Shown in pieces: positions 1-10,091 of a stretch of 64,000 nucleotides of DNA. The number at the start of each line of letters is the position of its first letter. Positions within the stretch are counted from its first letter, which is position 1. Under the pieces are notes generated by a model. That model saw nothing but the letters and a program-made list of their open reading frames with translations. It was not told the origin of the DNA and ran no database searches. Origin of the DNA: an uncultured delta proteobacterium (GTDB lineage Bacteria > Myxococcota_A > UBA9160 > SMWR01). The position numbers and the translations under genes are program-made. The stretch lies in assembly GCA_963832165.1 (NCBI GenBank), contig CAWHTE010000003.1, forward strand, positions 672,001-736,000, written 5' to 3'.

Positions 1-283
1 GCTCTCCGCGGCCGAGGCGCTCGCGTGGGGACTCGTGAATCAGGTCGTGCCCGACGCAGAGCTCGCCGCGACCGCGGGCGCGCTCGCCAAGCAGCTCGCC
101 ACCGGGGCGACGCGCGCGTTCGGCACCGTGAAGAGCCTGCTCGCGAGCACGTACAACGAGTCGCTCGAGACCCAGATGGAGCTCGAGGCGCGCGGGATCG
201 CCGAGATGGCGCGCAGCGCCGATGGCCGCGAGGGGATCGAGGCGTTCGTGGCGAAGCGCGCGCCGAAGTTCAGCGGCCGCTAG
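1..283 (+). CDS. Enoyl-CoA hydratase/isomerase family protein, C-terminal part (5' end outside window)
   Basis: LSAAEALAWGLVNQVVP...DGREGIEAFVAKRAPKF is a typical crotonase C-terminus. Confidence 0.9.
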   Translation, partial: LSAAEALAWGLVNQVVPDAELAATAGALAKQLATGATRAFGTVKSLLASTYNESLETQMELEARGIAEMARSADGREGIEAFVAKRAPKFSGR

Positions 284-936
284 CGCGCAGCGTCCCATCC
301 TCCAGCACGAACACCGTCCGCGTAAGAGCGGTCGCGAGCGACTCGTCGTGCGTCACCACGACCTGGGTGGTTCCGCTGCGCTCTGCGACGCGTTCGATCG
401 TGCGCCGGACCTCGACCTTCAGCGCGGGATCGAGCGCGCTCGTGGGCTCGTCGTAGAGCAGCACCTTGGGATCGACCATGAGAGCCCGCGCGATCGCCAC
501 GCGCTGGCGCTGGCCGCCCGAGAGCGCGTCCGGAAACACGCGCTCCTTGTCCGGGAGCTCGAGGTCGCGCAGCAGATCACTCGCGCGCTCGCGCGCTGCG
601 GCGGCTGCGTGCCCGCGCGCGCGCACGGGCGCGAGCAGCAGGTTGTCGATCACGCGCAGATGCGGGAACAGCTCGAGCGATTGGAACACCATGCCGACCT
701 TGCCGAGCAGCGGCAGAAGGGTCGGCGCCCCCGTTCACGCGGGTGCCGTCGACTTCGATCGAGCCAGACTCGAAGCCGTCGAGCCCGCACGCACAGCGCA
801 AGAAGGTCGACTTGCCCGCGCCGCTGCGACCGAGAATCGCGACGAGCGCTCCCGCGGACGCATCGAGCGAGAGGCCGCGCAGCGTCGGCGCGGCAGCACC
901 CGGGTGGGTCTTGTTGAGCGCCTCGACGCGCATCAT
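270..936 (-). CDS. Polar amino acid ABC transporter ATP-binding protein, frameshifted near 700-720
   Basis: Walker A GRSGAGKST in one frame; MVFQ, LSGGQRQRVAIARAL, DEPTSALD and VTH in another. The ATG overlaps the upstream stop codon (ATGA). Confidence 0.88.
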
Positions 937-2501
937 CGCGCCACCCCGCGCTGTCCCTGGCCGAGCCGCCGCTCGAGGCGCCGTGCCAGGAACACGAACG
1001 GCAGCCCCACTGCGAGATACCACACCGCCACGACGAGGCCGAGCCCGAGGTGATCGTGGGTGGCGTTCGCGAGCATCGAGTAGGTCTTGGTGAGCTCCGT
1101 GAGCGTCACGACCGAGATCAGCGAGCTGTCCTTGAGCAGCGCGATGAAGTCGTTGGTCATGGGAGGCAGCGAGATGCGCACCGCCTGAGGCAGCACGACG
1201 AAGCGCAGCGCCTGCGCGTGCGCGAGCCCGAGCACGCGCGCAGCGTCGAGCTGTGAGGCGGGTACGCTCGCGAGCCCGGCGCGGTAATTCTCGCTCTCGG
1301 TCGCGGCGTAGTTGAGACCCAGCGCGAGCACCCCCGCTGCGAACGGCGAGAGCGTCACGCCGAGTTCGGGCAGCCCGAAGTAGAGCACCACGAGCTGAAC
1401 GAGCAGCGGCGTGCCGCGGAACAGCTCGACGTAGCCCACCGCGAGTGCCGCGAGCGGCTTCGGCGCGAACGCGCGCGTGCATGCGAGCGCGGCGCCGAGT
1501 GCGATCGCGAGCGCCATCGCGAGCGCGCTCACCACCACGGTTAGCGCGGCTGCGCGCGCGAACGTGCCCGCGTAGGAGGGGTAGCGCGTGAACAGACGCA
1601 CCCAGAACGGCGGTACGTCCGCGAGCGAGGCACGCCAGGCCTCCCACGCGAGCGCCGGGCCGCGCGGATCCGGGTCGTCGTCTCCGAGCAGGCTCGCGGT
1701 CTCCGCGTTCCAGATGCCCCAGCGCTCGTAGATCGCGCGCAGCGTGCCGTCGCGCGCAAGGGCGTCGAGCGCCGCATCGATCGCCTGCAGGAGCGCGGCG
1801 TCGCCGTTGCGGACCGCGATCGCGTAGCGCACCTCTCCGAACGAGTCCGGCAACACCTCCAGATCCGGATCGACGGCGCCGTAGTAGGCGGCGACGGGCT
1901 CGTCGAGCAGCACCGCGTCGGTGCGACCGAGGCGCAGGTCGCGGTAGACGTCGTCCTGGCCGCCCTCGTAGGTCGCCACCTCCGCGCCCGCGGCACGCAG
2001 GATCCGCTCGGCCGCGGCGCCGGGCAGCGTGCCCGCGCGCCGCCCGCGCAATGCCTCGAGCGTGCGCGGCGCATTCGGGTCGCCGCGCCGCACCGTGAGG
2101 CGCTCGGGCGATACGTAGTAGGGTCGGGACAGCAGACAAACGGCGTGTTTATCCGGCGTGTCTTCGAGGCCCGAGAGCGCGAAGTCGAAGTCGCCGCGCG
2201 CGAGCAGATCGAGCAGCTTGTCCCAGGCGCCCTGGTGCATGCGCGCGGTGACACCGAGCTGTGCCGCGAGCGCATTCGCGAGCTCGACTTCGAAGCCGAT
2301 CAGGTGCGCGGGGTCGCTGGGATCGGGGAACTCGAACGGCGCGCCGCCCTGGGCATCGGCGCCCCAGAATAAAACCCCTCGGGTGCGGATCTCCTCGAGT
2401 GTGTCCGCGCGTGCGGTCGCCGCGAGGATCCACAGCAGTGTCACGAAGATGAGGCCTCGTACGCAGATCTTTCCATTGCGCGAGATCCGCGGATCCAACA
2501 T
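933..2501 (-). CDS. Amino acid ABC transporter substrate-binding protein fused to permease
   Basis: Signal-like N-terminus, SBP family 3 domain (GFEVELANALA), then HisM-type permease motifs (FRGTPLLVQL, YAATESENYRAG, LLKDSSL). Start codon uncertain. Confidence 0.9.
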   Translation of the reverse strand: MLDPRISRNGKICVRGLIFVTLLWILAATARADTLEEIRTRGVLFWGADAQGGAPFEFPDPSDPAHLIGFEVELANALAAQLGVTARMHQGAWDKLLDLLARGDFDFALSGLEDTPDKHAVCLLSRPYYVSPERLTVRRGDPNAPRTLEALRGRRAGTLPGAAAERILRAAGAEVATYEGGQDDVYRDLRLGRTDAVLLDEPVAAYYGAVDPDLEVLPDSFGEVRYAIAVRNGDAALLQAIDAALDALARDGTLRAIYERWGIWNAETASLLGDDDPDPRGPALAWEAWRASLADVPPFWVRLFTRYPSYAGTFARAAALTVVVSALAMALAIALGAALACTRAFAPKPLAALAVGYVELFRGTPLLVQLVVLYFGLPELGVTLSPFAAGVLALGLNYAATESENYRAGLASVPASQLDAARVLGLAHAQALRFVVLPQAVRISLPPMTNDFIALLKDSSLISVVTLTELTKTYSMLANATHDHLGLGLVVAVWYLAVGLPFVFLARRLERRLGQGQRGVAR

Positions 2502-2532
2502 GTTCGTGAATGGCTGCATGGGAGGATTGTTC

Positions 2533-3900
2533 ATGAAGATCGGGCTCAGCGTCCATGGGTTCGTGGCGGTCGGGATCGGCGCGCTGCTCGTTTTCAGCAG
2601 CGCCGCCGTCTCGGGTGCCAAGGAGGAGTCGTTCTCCGACCTCGTGAAGCGTCTGCAGAAGGAGAAGCCGTCGTTCGCGAAGCGCCACAAGACACTGCTC
2701 GGCGAGCGCTACGACATCTCGGATCGCCCGGCCAAGGGCGTCGCGATGTCGAAAGGCAAGCCGGTCCAGGAGGGTGTGCGCGTGAAGCCGCCCAAGGGCA
2801 AGACCTGGGCCGACCTCGCGGCGCTCTCGCCCGAGGAGATCAGGAAGCAGAACCTCTGGCCCGCGGGCTTCTTCCCGCTGCCGCATCCGCATCACGAGGC
2901 GGGCGGCATGGTGTTCCCGCAGAAGCAGATCGACGGGATCAAGGAGCAGACCGACCGCGATCTCACGCGATTCGATCTCGACTTCGATCTGCCCGATCAC
3001 CTGCTGCCCGAGTTCCCGGCGCCGATCTATCTGACCACGCGGCCCGACCTCGGCGACGTGTCGCAGGGCAAGCTCGTCACGCTCGCGAACTTCCAGGAGC
3101 TGTTCGGCGACATCCTCAATCCCAAGCAGCTCGAGGGCCTGCGCCTGTTGCTCACGCCGTTCCCGCAGGCCCAGTTCAACGCGACCGACGATCGCCGCGC
3201 GCTGACCGCACACCAGGGGGTCGCCTGCCTCGATTGTCACTCGAATGGTCACACCAACGCGGCCACCCATACCGTCGGTGACATCCGGCCGAACGAGCAT
3301 CGCCACCGCATCGACACTCCGTCGCTGCGCGGCGTGAACATCCAGCGCCTGTTCGGCTCGCAGCGCGCGATGAAGAGCGTCGAGGACTTCACGGAGTTCG
3401 AGCAGCGCGCCGCCTACTTCGATGGCGACCCGGTCCAGGCACAGAAGAAGGGTGTCAACATCCTCGAGCGTGGCAGCCAGGTGCACTTCATGGCCGAGTT
3501 CCAGTCACTGCTCGACTTCCCGCCCGCGCCGAAGCTCGACGTGTTCGGCGCCCTCGATCGGAAGAAGGCCAGCGAGAGCGAGCTGCGCGGCGAGCAGGTG
3601 TTCTTCGGCAAGGGCCGCTGCAGCAGCTGCCATGCGCCGCCGTACTACACCGACAACACGATGCACAACCTGCAGGTGGAGCGCTTCTTCCAGGAGAAGA
3701 TGATCAACGGTCGCAAGGCATCCGCGGATGGTCCGATCAAGACATTCCCGCTGCGCGGGATCAAGGACTCTCCGCCGTATCTGCACGACGACCGGTTGCT
3801 CACGCTCGAGGACACGGTCGAGTTCTTCAACCTCGTGCTCGGCGTGAAGCTCACCGACGAGGAGAAGAGCGACCTCGTGGCCTTCCTGCGCGTGCTGTAG
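2533..3900 (+). CDS. Di-heme cytochrome c, cytochrome c peroxidase/MauG superfamily
   Basis: GGAGGA RBS, signal peptide, two CxxCH motifs (CLDCH, CSSCH), TPSLRG and KTFPLRG...PPYLHD motifs. Confidence 0.85.
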   Translation: MKIGLSVHGFVAVGIGALLVFSSAAVSGAKEESFSDLVKRLQKEKPSFAKRHKTLLGERYDISDRPAKGVAMSKGKPVQEGVRVKPPKGKTWADLAALSPEEIRKQNLWPAGFFPLPHPHHEAGGMVFPQKQIDGIKEQTDRDLTRFDLDFDLPDHLLPEFPAPIYLTTRPDLGDVSQGKLVTLANFQELFGDILNPKQLEGLRLLLTPFPQAQFNATDDRRALTAHQGVACLDCHSNGHTNAATHTVGDIRPNEHRHRIDTPSLRGVNIQRLFGSQRAMKSVEDFTEFEQRAAYFDGDPVQAQKKGVNILERGSQVHFMAEFQSLLDFPPAPKLDVFGALDRKKASESELRGEQVFFGKGRCSSCHAPPYYTDNTMHNLQVERFFQEKMINGRKASADGPIKTFPLRGIKDSPPYLHDDRLLTLEDTVEFFNLVLGVKLTDEEKSDLVAFLRVL

Positions 3901-3976
3901 GGCGAGGTTCCTCCGGGTTGACAATCTGCGTTAGGATCCGCTCGTCGCTTCTATTGAGGTGACGATCGGCGCCACC

Positions 3977-4874
3977 ATGCTCCAAGCTCAGCAGATGATC
4001 CTGTTTGCGCGCGTGGTCGACGCGGGCAGCTTCGCCGCCGCGGCGAAGCTGCTCGGGCAGACGCGCGCGGCGGTCTCGAAGCAGATCGCGGCCCTCGAAG
4101 AGCGGATCGGCGCGCAGCTGCTTGCACCGCACGACGCGCTCGATGCACCTGACCGAGATCGGCGCCGAGTTCTACGCGCGCTGCGCGCGGATCTTGCAGG
4201 AGGCCGAGGAGGCGGAGCGCGCGGTGGCGAGTCTGCAGGGCGCACCGCGCGGACTCCTGCGGATCGCCGCGCCGCTCACGTTCGGGCGCCGCTACCTCGC
4301 GCCGCTCGTCGCGCCGTTCCTGGCCGCGCACCCCGAGATCGCGATCGATCTCGTGCTCGAGGACAAGCTCGCAGACGACACTCGCGACGCGTTCGACGTC
4401 GCAATCCGGATCGCGCCGCGCACCGACTCGTCGCTCTCCGCGCGCCGGCTCGCCGACAGCGCGCACGTGGTATGCGGCACGCCCGACTACTTCGCTCGTG
4501 AAGGGGTGCCCGAGTCCCCCGACGATCTACGCCACCATCGATGCCTGATCTACAGCGCGCTGCCCACGCCGCGCCTGTGGCGCTTCCGCGACCGGAAGTC
4601 GATCGGCGTGAAGGGGCCGTTCTCGGTCAATCACGGCGAATCGCTGCGCCGCGCGCTCGTCGACGGGCTCGGAGTGGCCTATCTGCCGCGCTTCATCGTG
4701 GGCGACGACCTCGAGGCGGGCCGTCTCCAGCCGGTGCTCGAAGACTGGGCGTGGTCGGCGCAGAAGGTGTGGGCGGTCGTGCCGCGCCACCGGATCCTCA
4801 CGCCGAAGGTGCGCGCGTTTCTCGAGATGCTCGAGGCGCACTTCTTGCCCGTTCCGCCGTGGGAGCAGAGGTGA
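3977..4874 (+). CDS. LysR family regulator (DmlR/CrgA-like), frameshifted near 4122
   Basis: HTH FARVVDAGSFAAAA..LG..RAAVSKQIAALEERIG continues in another frame as HRTTRSMHLTEIG; C-terminal TPKVRAF. Confidence 0.9.
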
Positions 4875-5152
4875 GCGGTACCGCGAAGCCGATGCGCATC
4901 CGGCTCTCCGAGGAACGGCGCGAGCAGCTGGTCTTCCTGACTCAGCAGTTCTTTGCGGACGAGCTCGATCGGGAGATCAGCGACTTCCAGGCGGCTCGCC
5001 TGATCGATTTCTTCATCCGGTCGCTCGGGGCGCCCGTCTACAACCAGGCGATTCAGGATGCCAGGGCTGCGGTGCAGGCCAAGCTCGACGACCTCGAAGG
5101 CGAGTTCTACGAGCCCGAGGAGCCGAGGGCCGAGCGCCACCCCAAGGATTGA
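4871..5152 (+). CDS. DUF2164 family protein
   Basis: QQFFADELDREISDFQAARLIDFF...GAPVYNQAIQDA pattern; GTGA overlap with the LysR stop. Confidence 0.8.
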   Translation: MSGTAKPMRIRLSEERREQLVFLTQQFFADELDREISDFQAARLIDFFIRSLGAPVYNQAIQDARAAVQAKLDDLEGEFYEPEEPRAERHPKD

Positions 5153-5160
5153 GTTCCCCT

Positions 5161-5511
5161 CTATTTCAGCCGGATCCCCGGGCACACGCGCGCGGCTTCG
5201 GCGAGCGCAGCGGGGTCGCGATGCTCGTCCCAGAACGGCCAGCTGCGGCAGCGTTCCGGGCGCGCGGGATAGATCGAGCAGCTGGCGTGGGGACCGTCAT
5301 CGAGAAATACACAGCGGTGTCCGAGCCCGTCGACGAGCCGGTCGCCGCTGACGGCGACGTAGCGCGAGCGGAACGCGGCCTCGTTCATCCCGAGGTGGGC
5401 GGCGATCCGCGTGACGTCCGCCTGGGTGACGCGGACCGCGCCCTCCGGGCGGGCGCAACAGTTGCCCGAGCGTTGGCAGCGGAAGTGGAACGGAAAGGCC
5501 GTGTCGTGCAC
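5161..5511 (-). CDS. YkgJ family CxxCxxCC cysteine-cluster protein
   Basis: FRCQRSGNCC...CVFL...CSIYPARPERCRSWPFW. Confidence 0.88.
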   Translation of the reverse strand: MHDTAFPFHFRCQRSGNCCARPEGAVRVTQADVTRIAAHLGMNEAAFRSRYVAVSGDRLVDGLGHRCVFLDDGPHASCSIYPARPERCRSWPFWDEHRDPAALAEAARVCPGIRLK

Positions 5512-5540
5512 GCGCAAGCACGGTATCAAATGGGCCGATC

Positions 5541-6932
5541 ATGGCCGATGAGCTGATCTGCATCTCGCCGATCGATGGCAGCGTCGTCACGCGGCGCCCG
5601 TATGCGTCCGAGGCGCAGATCGCGCGTGCGCTCGAGCAGGCGCGCGCGGCGCAGGCGCGTTGGGGTGCGACGCCGCTCGCCGAGCGCGCAGCCCTCTGCA
5701 CGCGCTTCGTCGACGCGTTCGTGGCCGAGCGCGATGTGATCGCGCTCGAGATCACGCTGCAGATGGGGCGGCCGATCGCGCACAGCCCCGGCGAGCTGCG
5801 CGGCTTCGAGGAGCGCGCGCGCGCGATGATCGCGATCGCACCAGAGGCGCTCGCCGACGTGCAGCCCGACGCGAAGCCCGGCTTCACGCGTTTCGTGCGC
5901 CGCGAGCCGCTCGGCGTCGTGCTCACGATCGCCCCCTGGAACTATCCGCTGCTGACCGCGGTCAACTCGGTTGTGCCAGCTCTTCTCGCGGGCAACGCGG
6001 TGATCCTGCGCCACTCCGCGCAGACGCCGCTGTGCGCGGAGCGCTTCCGCACGGCGTTCGCGGCGGCGGGGCTGCCCGACGGCGTGTTCCAGGTGCTCCA
6101 CTGCGATCACGCGGCGACCGAGCGGCTGATCGCATCGCCCGGGATCGACTTCGTCGCGTTCACGGGGTCCGTGGATGCGGGCCGCGCGGTCGCGCGCGCG
6201 GCTGCGCAGCGCTTCATCGGCACGGGCCTCGAGCTCGGCGGGAAGGATCCCGCCTACGTGCGCCCCGACGCCGACCTCGAGTTCGCCGTCGCCGAGCTCG
6301 TCGACGGCGCGTTCTTCAACGCGGGGCAGTCGTGCTGCGGGATCGAGCGCATCTACGTCCACGCCACGATCTACGCGGCGTTCGTGGAGCAGTACGCCGC
6401 TGTGGTGCGCCGCTACGTGCTGGGCGACCCGCGCGACCCCGCTACCACGCTCGGTCCGCTCGTGCGCGCGTCCGCCGCGGATCTCGTGCGCGGTCAGATC
6501 GACGAAGCGATCGCGCTCGGTGCTCGCGCGCTGATCGATCCGCTCGAGTTCGAGCGCGACGCGCAGGGCACGCCCTACTGCGCACCCCAGGTGCTCGTCG
6601 AGGTCCACCACGGGATGCGTGTGATGACCGAAGAGAGCTTCGGCCCCGTGGTCGGAATCGCGCGCGTGGCGAGCGACGACGAGGCGGTCGACCGCATGAA
6701 CGACAGTGAGTTCGGTCTCACCGCGTCGGTATGGACCGCCGACGAACGCGAAGCGCTCGCACTCGGCGCGCGCATCGAGACGGGCACCTTCTTCATGAAC
6801 CGGTGCGACTATCTCGACCCCGCACTCGCGTGGACGGGCGTCAAGAATTCGGGACGCGGATGCTCGCTGTCGCGGATCGGCTTCGAGCAACTCACGCGGC
6901 CGAAATCATTCCACTTGCGCCGCGAGACGTGA
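5541..6932 (+). CDS. Aldehyde dehydrogenase family protein
   Basis: PWNYP, FTGS, LELGGKDP, FNAGQSCC, EESFGP motifs. Confidence 0.95.
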   Translation: MADELICISPIDGSVVTRRPYASEAQIARALEQARAAQARWGATPLAERAALCTRFVDAFVAERDVIALEITLQMGRPIAHSPGELRGFEERARAMIAIAPEALADVQPDAKPGFTRFVRREPLGVVLTIAPWNYPLLTAVNSVVPALLAGNAVILRHSAQTPLCAERFRTAFAAAGLPDGVFQVLHCDHAATERLIASPGIDFVAFTGSVDAGRAVARAAAQRFIGTGLELGGKDPAYVRPDADLEFAVAELVDGAFFNAGQSCCGIERIYVHATIYAAFVEQYAAVVRRYVLGDPRDPATTLGPLVRASAADLVRGQIDEAIALGARALIDPLEFERDAQGTPYCAPQVLVEVHHGMRVMTEESFGPVVGIARVASDDEAVDRMNDSEFGLTASVWTADEREALALGARIETGTFFMNRCDYLDPALAWTGVKNSGRGCSLSRIGFEQLTRPKSFHLRRET

Positions 6933-6943
6933 GGCAGCGCGAC

Positions 6944-6964
6944 CCCCGAGGCGAGGCCTCGGGG
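6944..6964. terminator. GC-rich hairpin between convergent genes, possible bidirectional terminator
   Basis: CCCCGAGGC-GAG-GCCTCGGGG forms a perfect 9-bp stem; no U-tract. Confidence 0.5.
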
Positions 6965-6978
6965 ACACGCTCGAATGC

Positions 6979-7221
6979 CTACTCGGTCCGGATCCCTTCC
7001 TCGACGGCCGCGGCCGCATCCGCGGCTTCCTTCTTCGTCGCGTCGCTCGCGTCTTCCGCGGCGGCGCTCACGTCCGCAGCGACGTCGGAGGCGAGCTCAA
7101 CCGCCGCCTCGCTGAAGGTCTGCGCCTGCTCGGCGGCGGTATCCGCCGTCTCTTGAGCCTGCTCGCAAGCCACTGCCAGGGCAGCCACAGCAACCAGCAT
7201 TCCCAGCTTCCAGATCCTCAT
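6979..7221 (-). CDS. Small Ala/Glu/Asp-rich lipoprotein
   Basis: MRIWK, hydrophobic stretch, lipobox AVAC; GGGGAGGAG RBS. Confidence 0.75.
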   Translation of the reverse strand: MRIWKLGMLVAVAALAVACEQAQETADTAAEQAQTFSEAAVELASDVAADVSAAAEDASDATKKEAADAAAAVEEGIRTE

Positions 7222-7242
7222 TCATCTCCTCCCCCGCTGAGC

Positions 7243-8358
7243 CTATGCGCGCGGGAGCGACCCGGTGTCGATCCCGTACAGCTCGGCCACGTTGCCCGAT
7301 AGGATGGCCTGTTGCTGGACTTCGTCCAGATCCTTCCGGTGCTCGGCGAGCATCTCCTGGCTCCACGGCCACGTGGAGTCGCTGTGCGGAAAGTCGTTCG
7401 CCCACATCAGGCGCCGCCAGTTCATGAGGTTCGCAGTCTTGAACGCGACCCAATCGTCCTGGAACGTCGTGTAGATGTTCTCGGCGAAGTACTCCGAGGG
7501 CAGCTGCGAGAGCTTCTGCCCGGCCGGCAGCCAGTTGCGGTGCCGCTTGTAGGCGTGATCCATCCGATACATGTAGTGCGGAACCCAGCCCGCATCGGCC
7601 TCGGCGCAGACGATGCGCAGCTTCGGATGGCGCTCGAAGACACCGCCGAGGATCAGCGTGCCCATGATGTCCTGGCAGCCGCGCACGATCGTGAGAAAGC
7701 CGTTCATGAGCGGGCCGCGGTGCGTGTCGGGATTGCGGGTCGTCAGGATGTGGAACGACAGCGGCAGGCCCAGATCGATCGCGGCGCGCCAGAAGTCGTC
7801 GTAAACGGGCTTGTCGTAGTCCTCGACGCCCGGGTGTCCCGGCATCATGACGCCGCGCAGACCAGCGGCCTTGATCGCTTCGAGATCGCTGATCCCTTCT
7901 TCGGGTGTGCGCATCGCGGTCTGACCGCAGCCGAACAGCCGGTCCGGATGCGCTGCGCAGTACTCGGCGATCCAGCGGTTGTAGGCGTCGAAGCAGGCCT
8001 TCTTGTATTCGAGGTCCTTGTGGTTGCACAGCACCATTCCGACCGTCGGATAGAGGATCTCGGCCGACACGCCGTCGCGATCCTGGTCGGCAAGCCGCGC
8101 CTCGGGATCCCAGCCGCCGCGGTGCATGTCCTCGAACGGCACGCCGTTCACGCGGATCTCTTCGGGCGGCTTGCCCGCAGCCGCCACGAGGCCCATCGCG
8201 ATTGGCTTCGACATGCCGTCGACGACGAACACGTCGCCGCCGTCCTCCTGGCGGTGCATGCGCGGCGCGCGGTCCTTCCAGCGCGACTCGATGTGGTCGA
8301 TATAGGTGTTCGCGGGCTCGGTGATGTGCGAGTCGGCCGAGATGATCGGGTAGCTCAT
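7243..8358 (-). CDS. Amidohydrolase_2 family protein
   Basis: IISADSH, AYNRWIAEYC, PLSFH, WANDFPHSDS motifs. Confidence 0.92.
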   Translation of the reverse strand: MSYPIISADSHITEPANTYIDHIESRWKDRAPRMHRQEDGGDVFVVDGMSKPIAMGLVAAAGKPPEEIRVNGVPFEDMHRGGWDPEARLADQDRDGVSAEILYPTVGMVLCNHKDLEYKKACFDAYNRWIAEYCAAHPDRLFGCGQTAMRTPEEGISDLEAIKAAGLRGVMMPGHPGVEDYDKPVYDDFWRAAIDLGLPLSFHILTTRNPDTHRGPLMNGFLTIVRGCQDIMGTLILGGVFERHPKLRIVCAEADAGWVPHYMYRMDHAYKRHRNWLPAGQKLSQLPSEYFAENIYTTFQDDWVAFKTANLMNWRRLMWANDFPHSDSTWPWSQEMLAEHRKDLDEVQQQAILSGNVAELYGIDTGSLPRA

Positions 8359-10048
8359 GACACTCCCTTCCGAGTCCTCCGCGAAGCACGTGACCGGGCA
8401 GCGGTCCGTCGGGATCGACGACGTCGCGCCCGTCCTCGCGAATCGGCGTGCCCTCCACCACGACAGCGCGAATGCCGATCGCGTCCGAGACCAGGCGATC
8501 GGCGCCGGCGGGGAAGTCGCGCACGCGCCGCAGCGGTCCACATCCGACCGTGTCGGGATCGAAGATCACGACGTCGGCGGGCACCCCGACTGCGAGGCGG
8601 CCGCGGTCGTGCAGGCCAAAGTGGTCGGCGGTGGCCGACGTGAGCCGGCGCACGCCCTCCTCGAGCGAGAGCACGTTCGTCTCGCGCACCCAGTGCGCGA
8701 GCAGGTGGGTCGGTGCGCAGGCGTCGCAGAGCTGGCTGGCATGGGCGCCCGCGTCGGAGAGTCCGAGTACGGTGTTCGGACTGCGGAGCAGCTCCGCGAC
8801 CTCGGCTTCGTCGGTATTGGCGATGGGCATCCGGAAGCGCGCCTCGAGGTCGCTCGCGAGCGCGAGATCGAGCATCAGGTCGATCGGATCGACACCGCGC
8901 TCGGCCGCGACCGCGGCGACACTGCGCTCCGCGAGCGCAGGCTCGCCAGGGAACTCGCTGATCACCATCGCGTCCCAGTTGCGAGTGAGCGTCGCCTCGC
9001 TCGCGCGCTCGCGGAACCGCGCGCGCCAGTCGCGATCGGCGTAGATGCGCTTCTTGCCCTCGCGGTCGGCTGCGGAGACGGGCGAGAACACCGACATGCT
9101 CTCGAACGGGAACGGCGCCGCGAACTGGAACTCGAGCACGAGCGGCCGGCACGAGACCTGCGGCACCACGTCGATGCCCTGAGCCTGGAGCTTCGCGTTC
9201 ATCTCGAGCGCGCGGCGGTGCCCATCGGGTCCGAACAGGCCCGCGAGCAGCGCGGTCCAGCTCACAGTCTTTCCGATTGCCTGCGAGATCTCGCCGAGCT
9301 GCGGGATGAACAGATCTCGCCCGACGGTCGCCTGCATGAGTCCGTGGTCGAACTCGGCGAGACAGCTCGCGAGCGCCGTGACCTCGGCGAAAGCCGCGGC
9401 GCGGCTCGGCACCGGCTTCCCCGCATAACCGACATGCGTGGGCGCGCGCGAAGTCGCGAAGCCGACCGCGCCCGCGGCGAGCGCACCGCGCACGATCGCC
9501 TGCATCTGCGCGATTTCGTCTTGCGTCGCCTCGCGCTCGGTGGCGTCCTCGCCCATCACGTAGAGGCGCACGGGCGTGTGCCCGACCAGCGCACCCACGT
9601 GGATCGCGGTGCCGCGCGCATCGAGCGCGTCCAGGAACTGGGGGAAGGTCTCGAACGGCCAGTCGCTGCCGACTCCCGCGCGCAGCGCGTCGAGCGACAT
9701 GCCCTCGACGCTCTCGAGCGTGCGCAGGATCAGATCGCGGTGCGCGGGGCGCGTCGGTGCGATGCCGAATCCGCAGTTTCCGATCACGACGCTCGTGACG
9801 CCGTGCCAGGGCGAGATCGACAACATGCGGTCCCAGAACAGCTGGGCGTCGTAGTGGGTATGGATGTCGACGAAGCCGGGCGTCACCGCGCATCCGGAGG
9901 CGTCGATCGTGCGCGCGGCGCTGCCCGTCACGTCGCCGAGCGCGGCAACGCGCCCATTCGCGATGCCGACGTCGCCCGCGCGCCCCGGCGCGCCGCTGCC
10001 GTCGTAGATCGTGCCACCGCGAATCAAGAGATCGAAGGATTCGCCCAT
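8355..10048 (-). CDS. N-acyl-D-amino-acid deacylase family amidohydrolase; natural stop apparently lost by an indel near 8370
   Basis: DLLIRGGTIYDGSG, PGFVDIHTHYD, GNCG, SDAGAH, C-terminal LPGHVLRGG. The frame then runs on without a stop over the next gene, so the end is approximate. Confidence 0.85.
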
Positions 10049-10091
10049 TGCTGCTGCTCCCGATGGCGCCATGGTAGCCGCCGCGCCCGGC

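Noticed and set aside
3911..3927. CTCCGGGTTGACAATCT as a third copy of cassette A
   Set aside because: It matches only the -35 end and lacks the TAGAATTGCAC core; it could be an ordinary promoter or LysR site.
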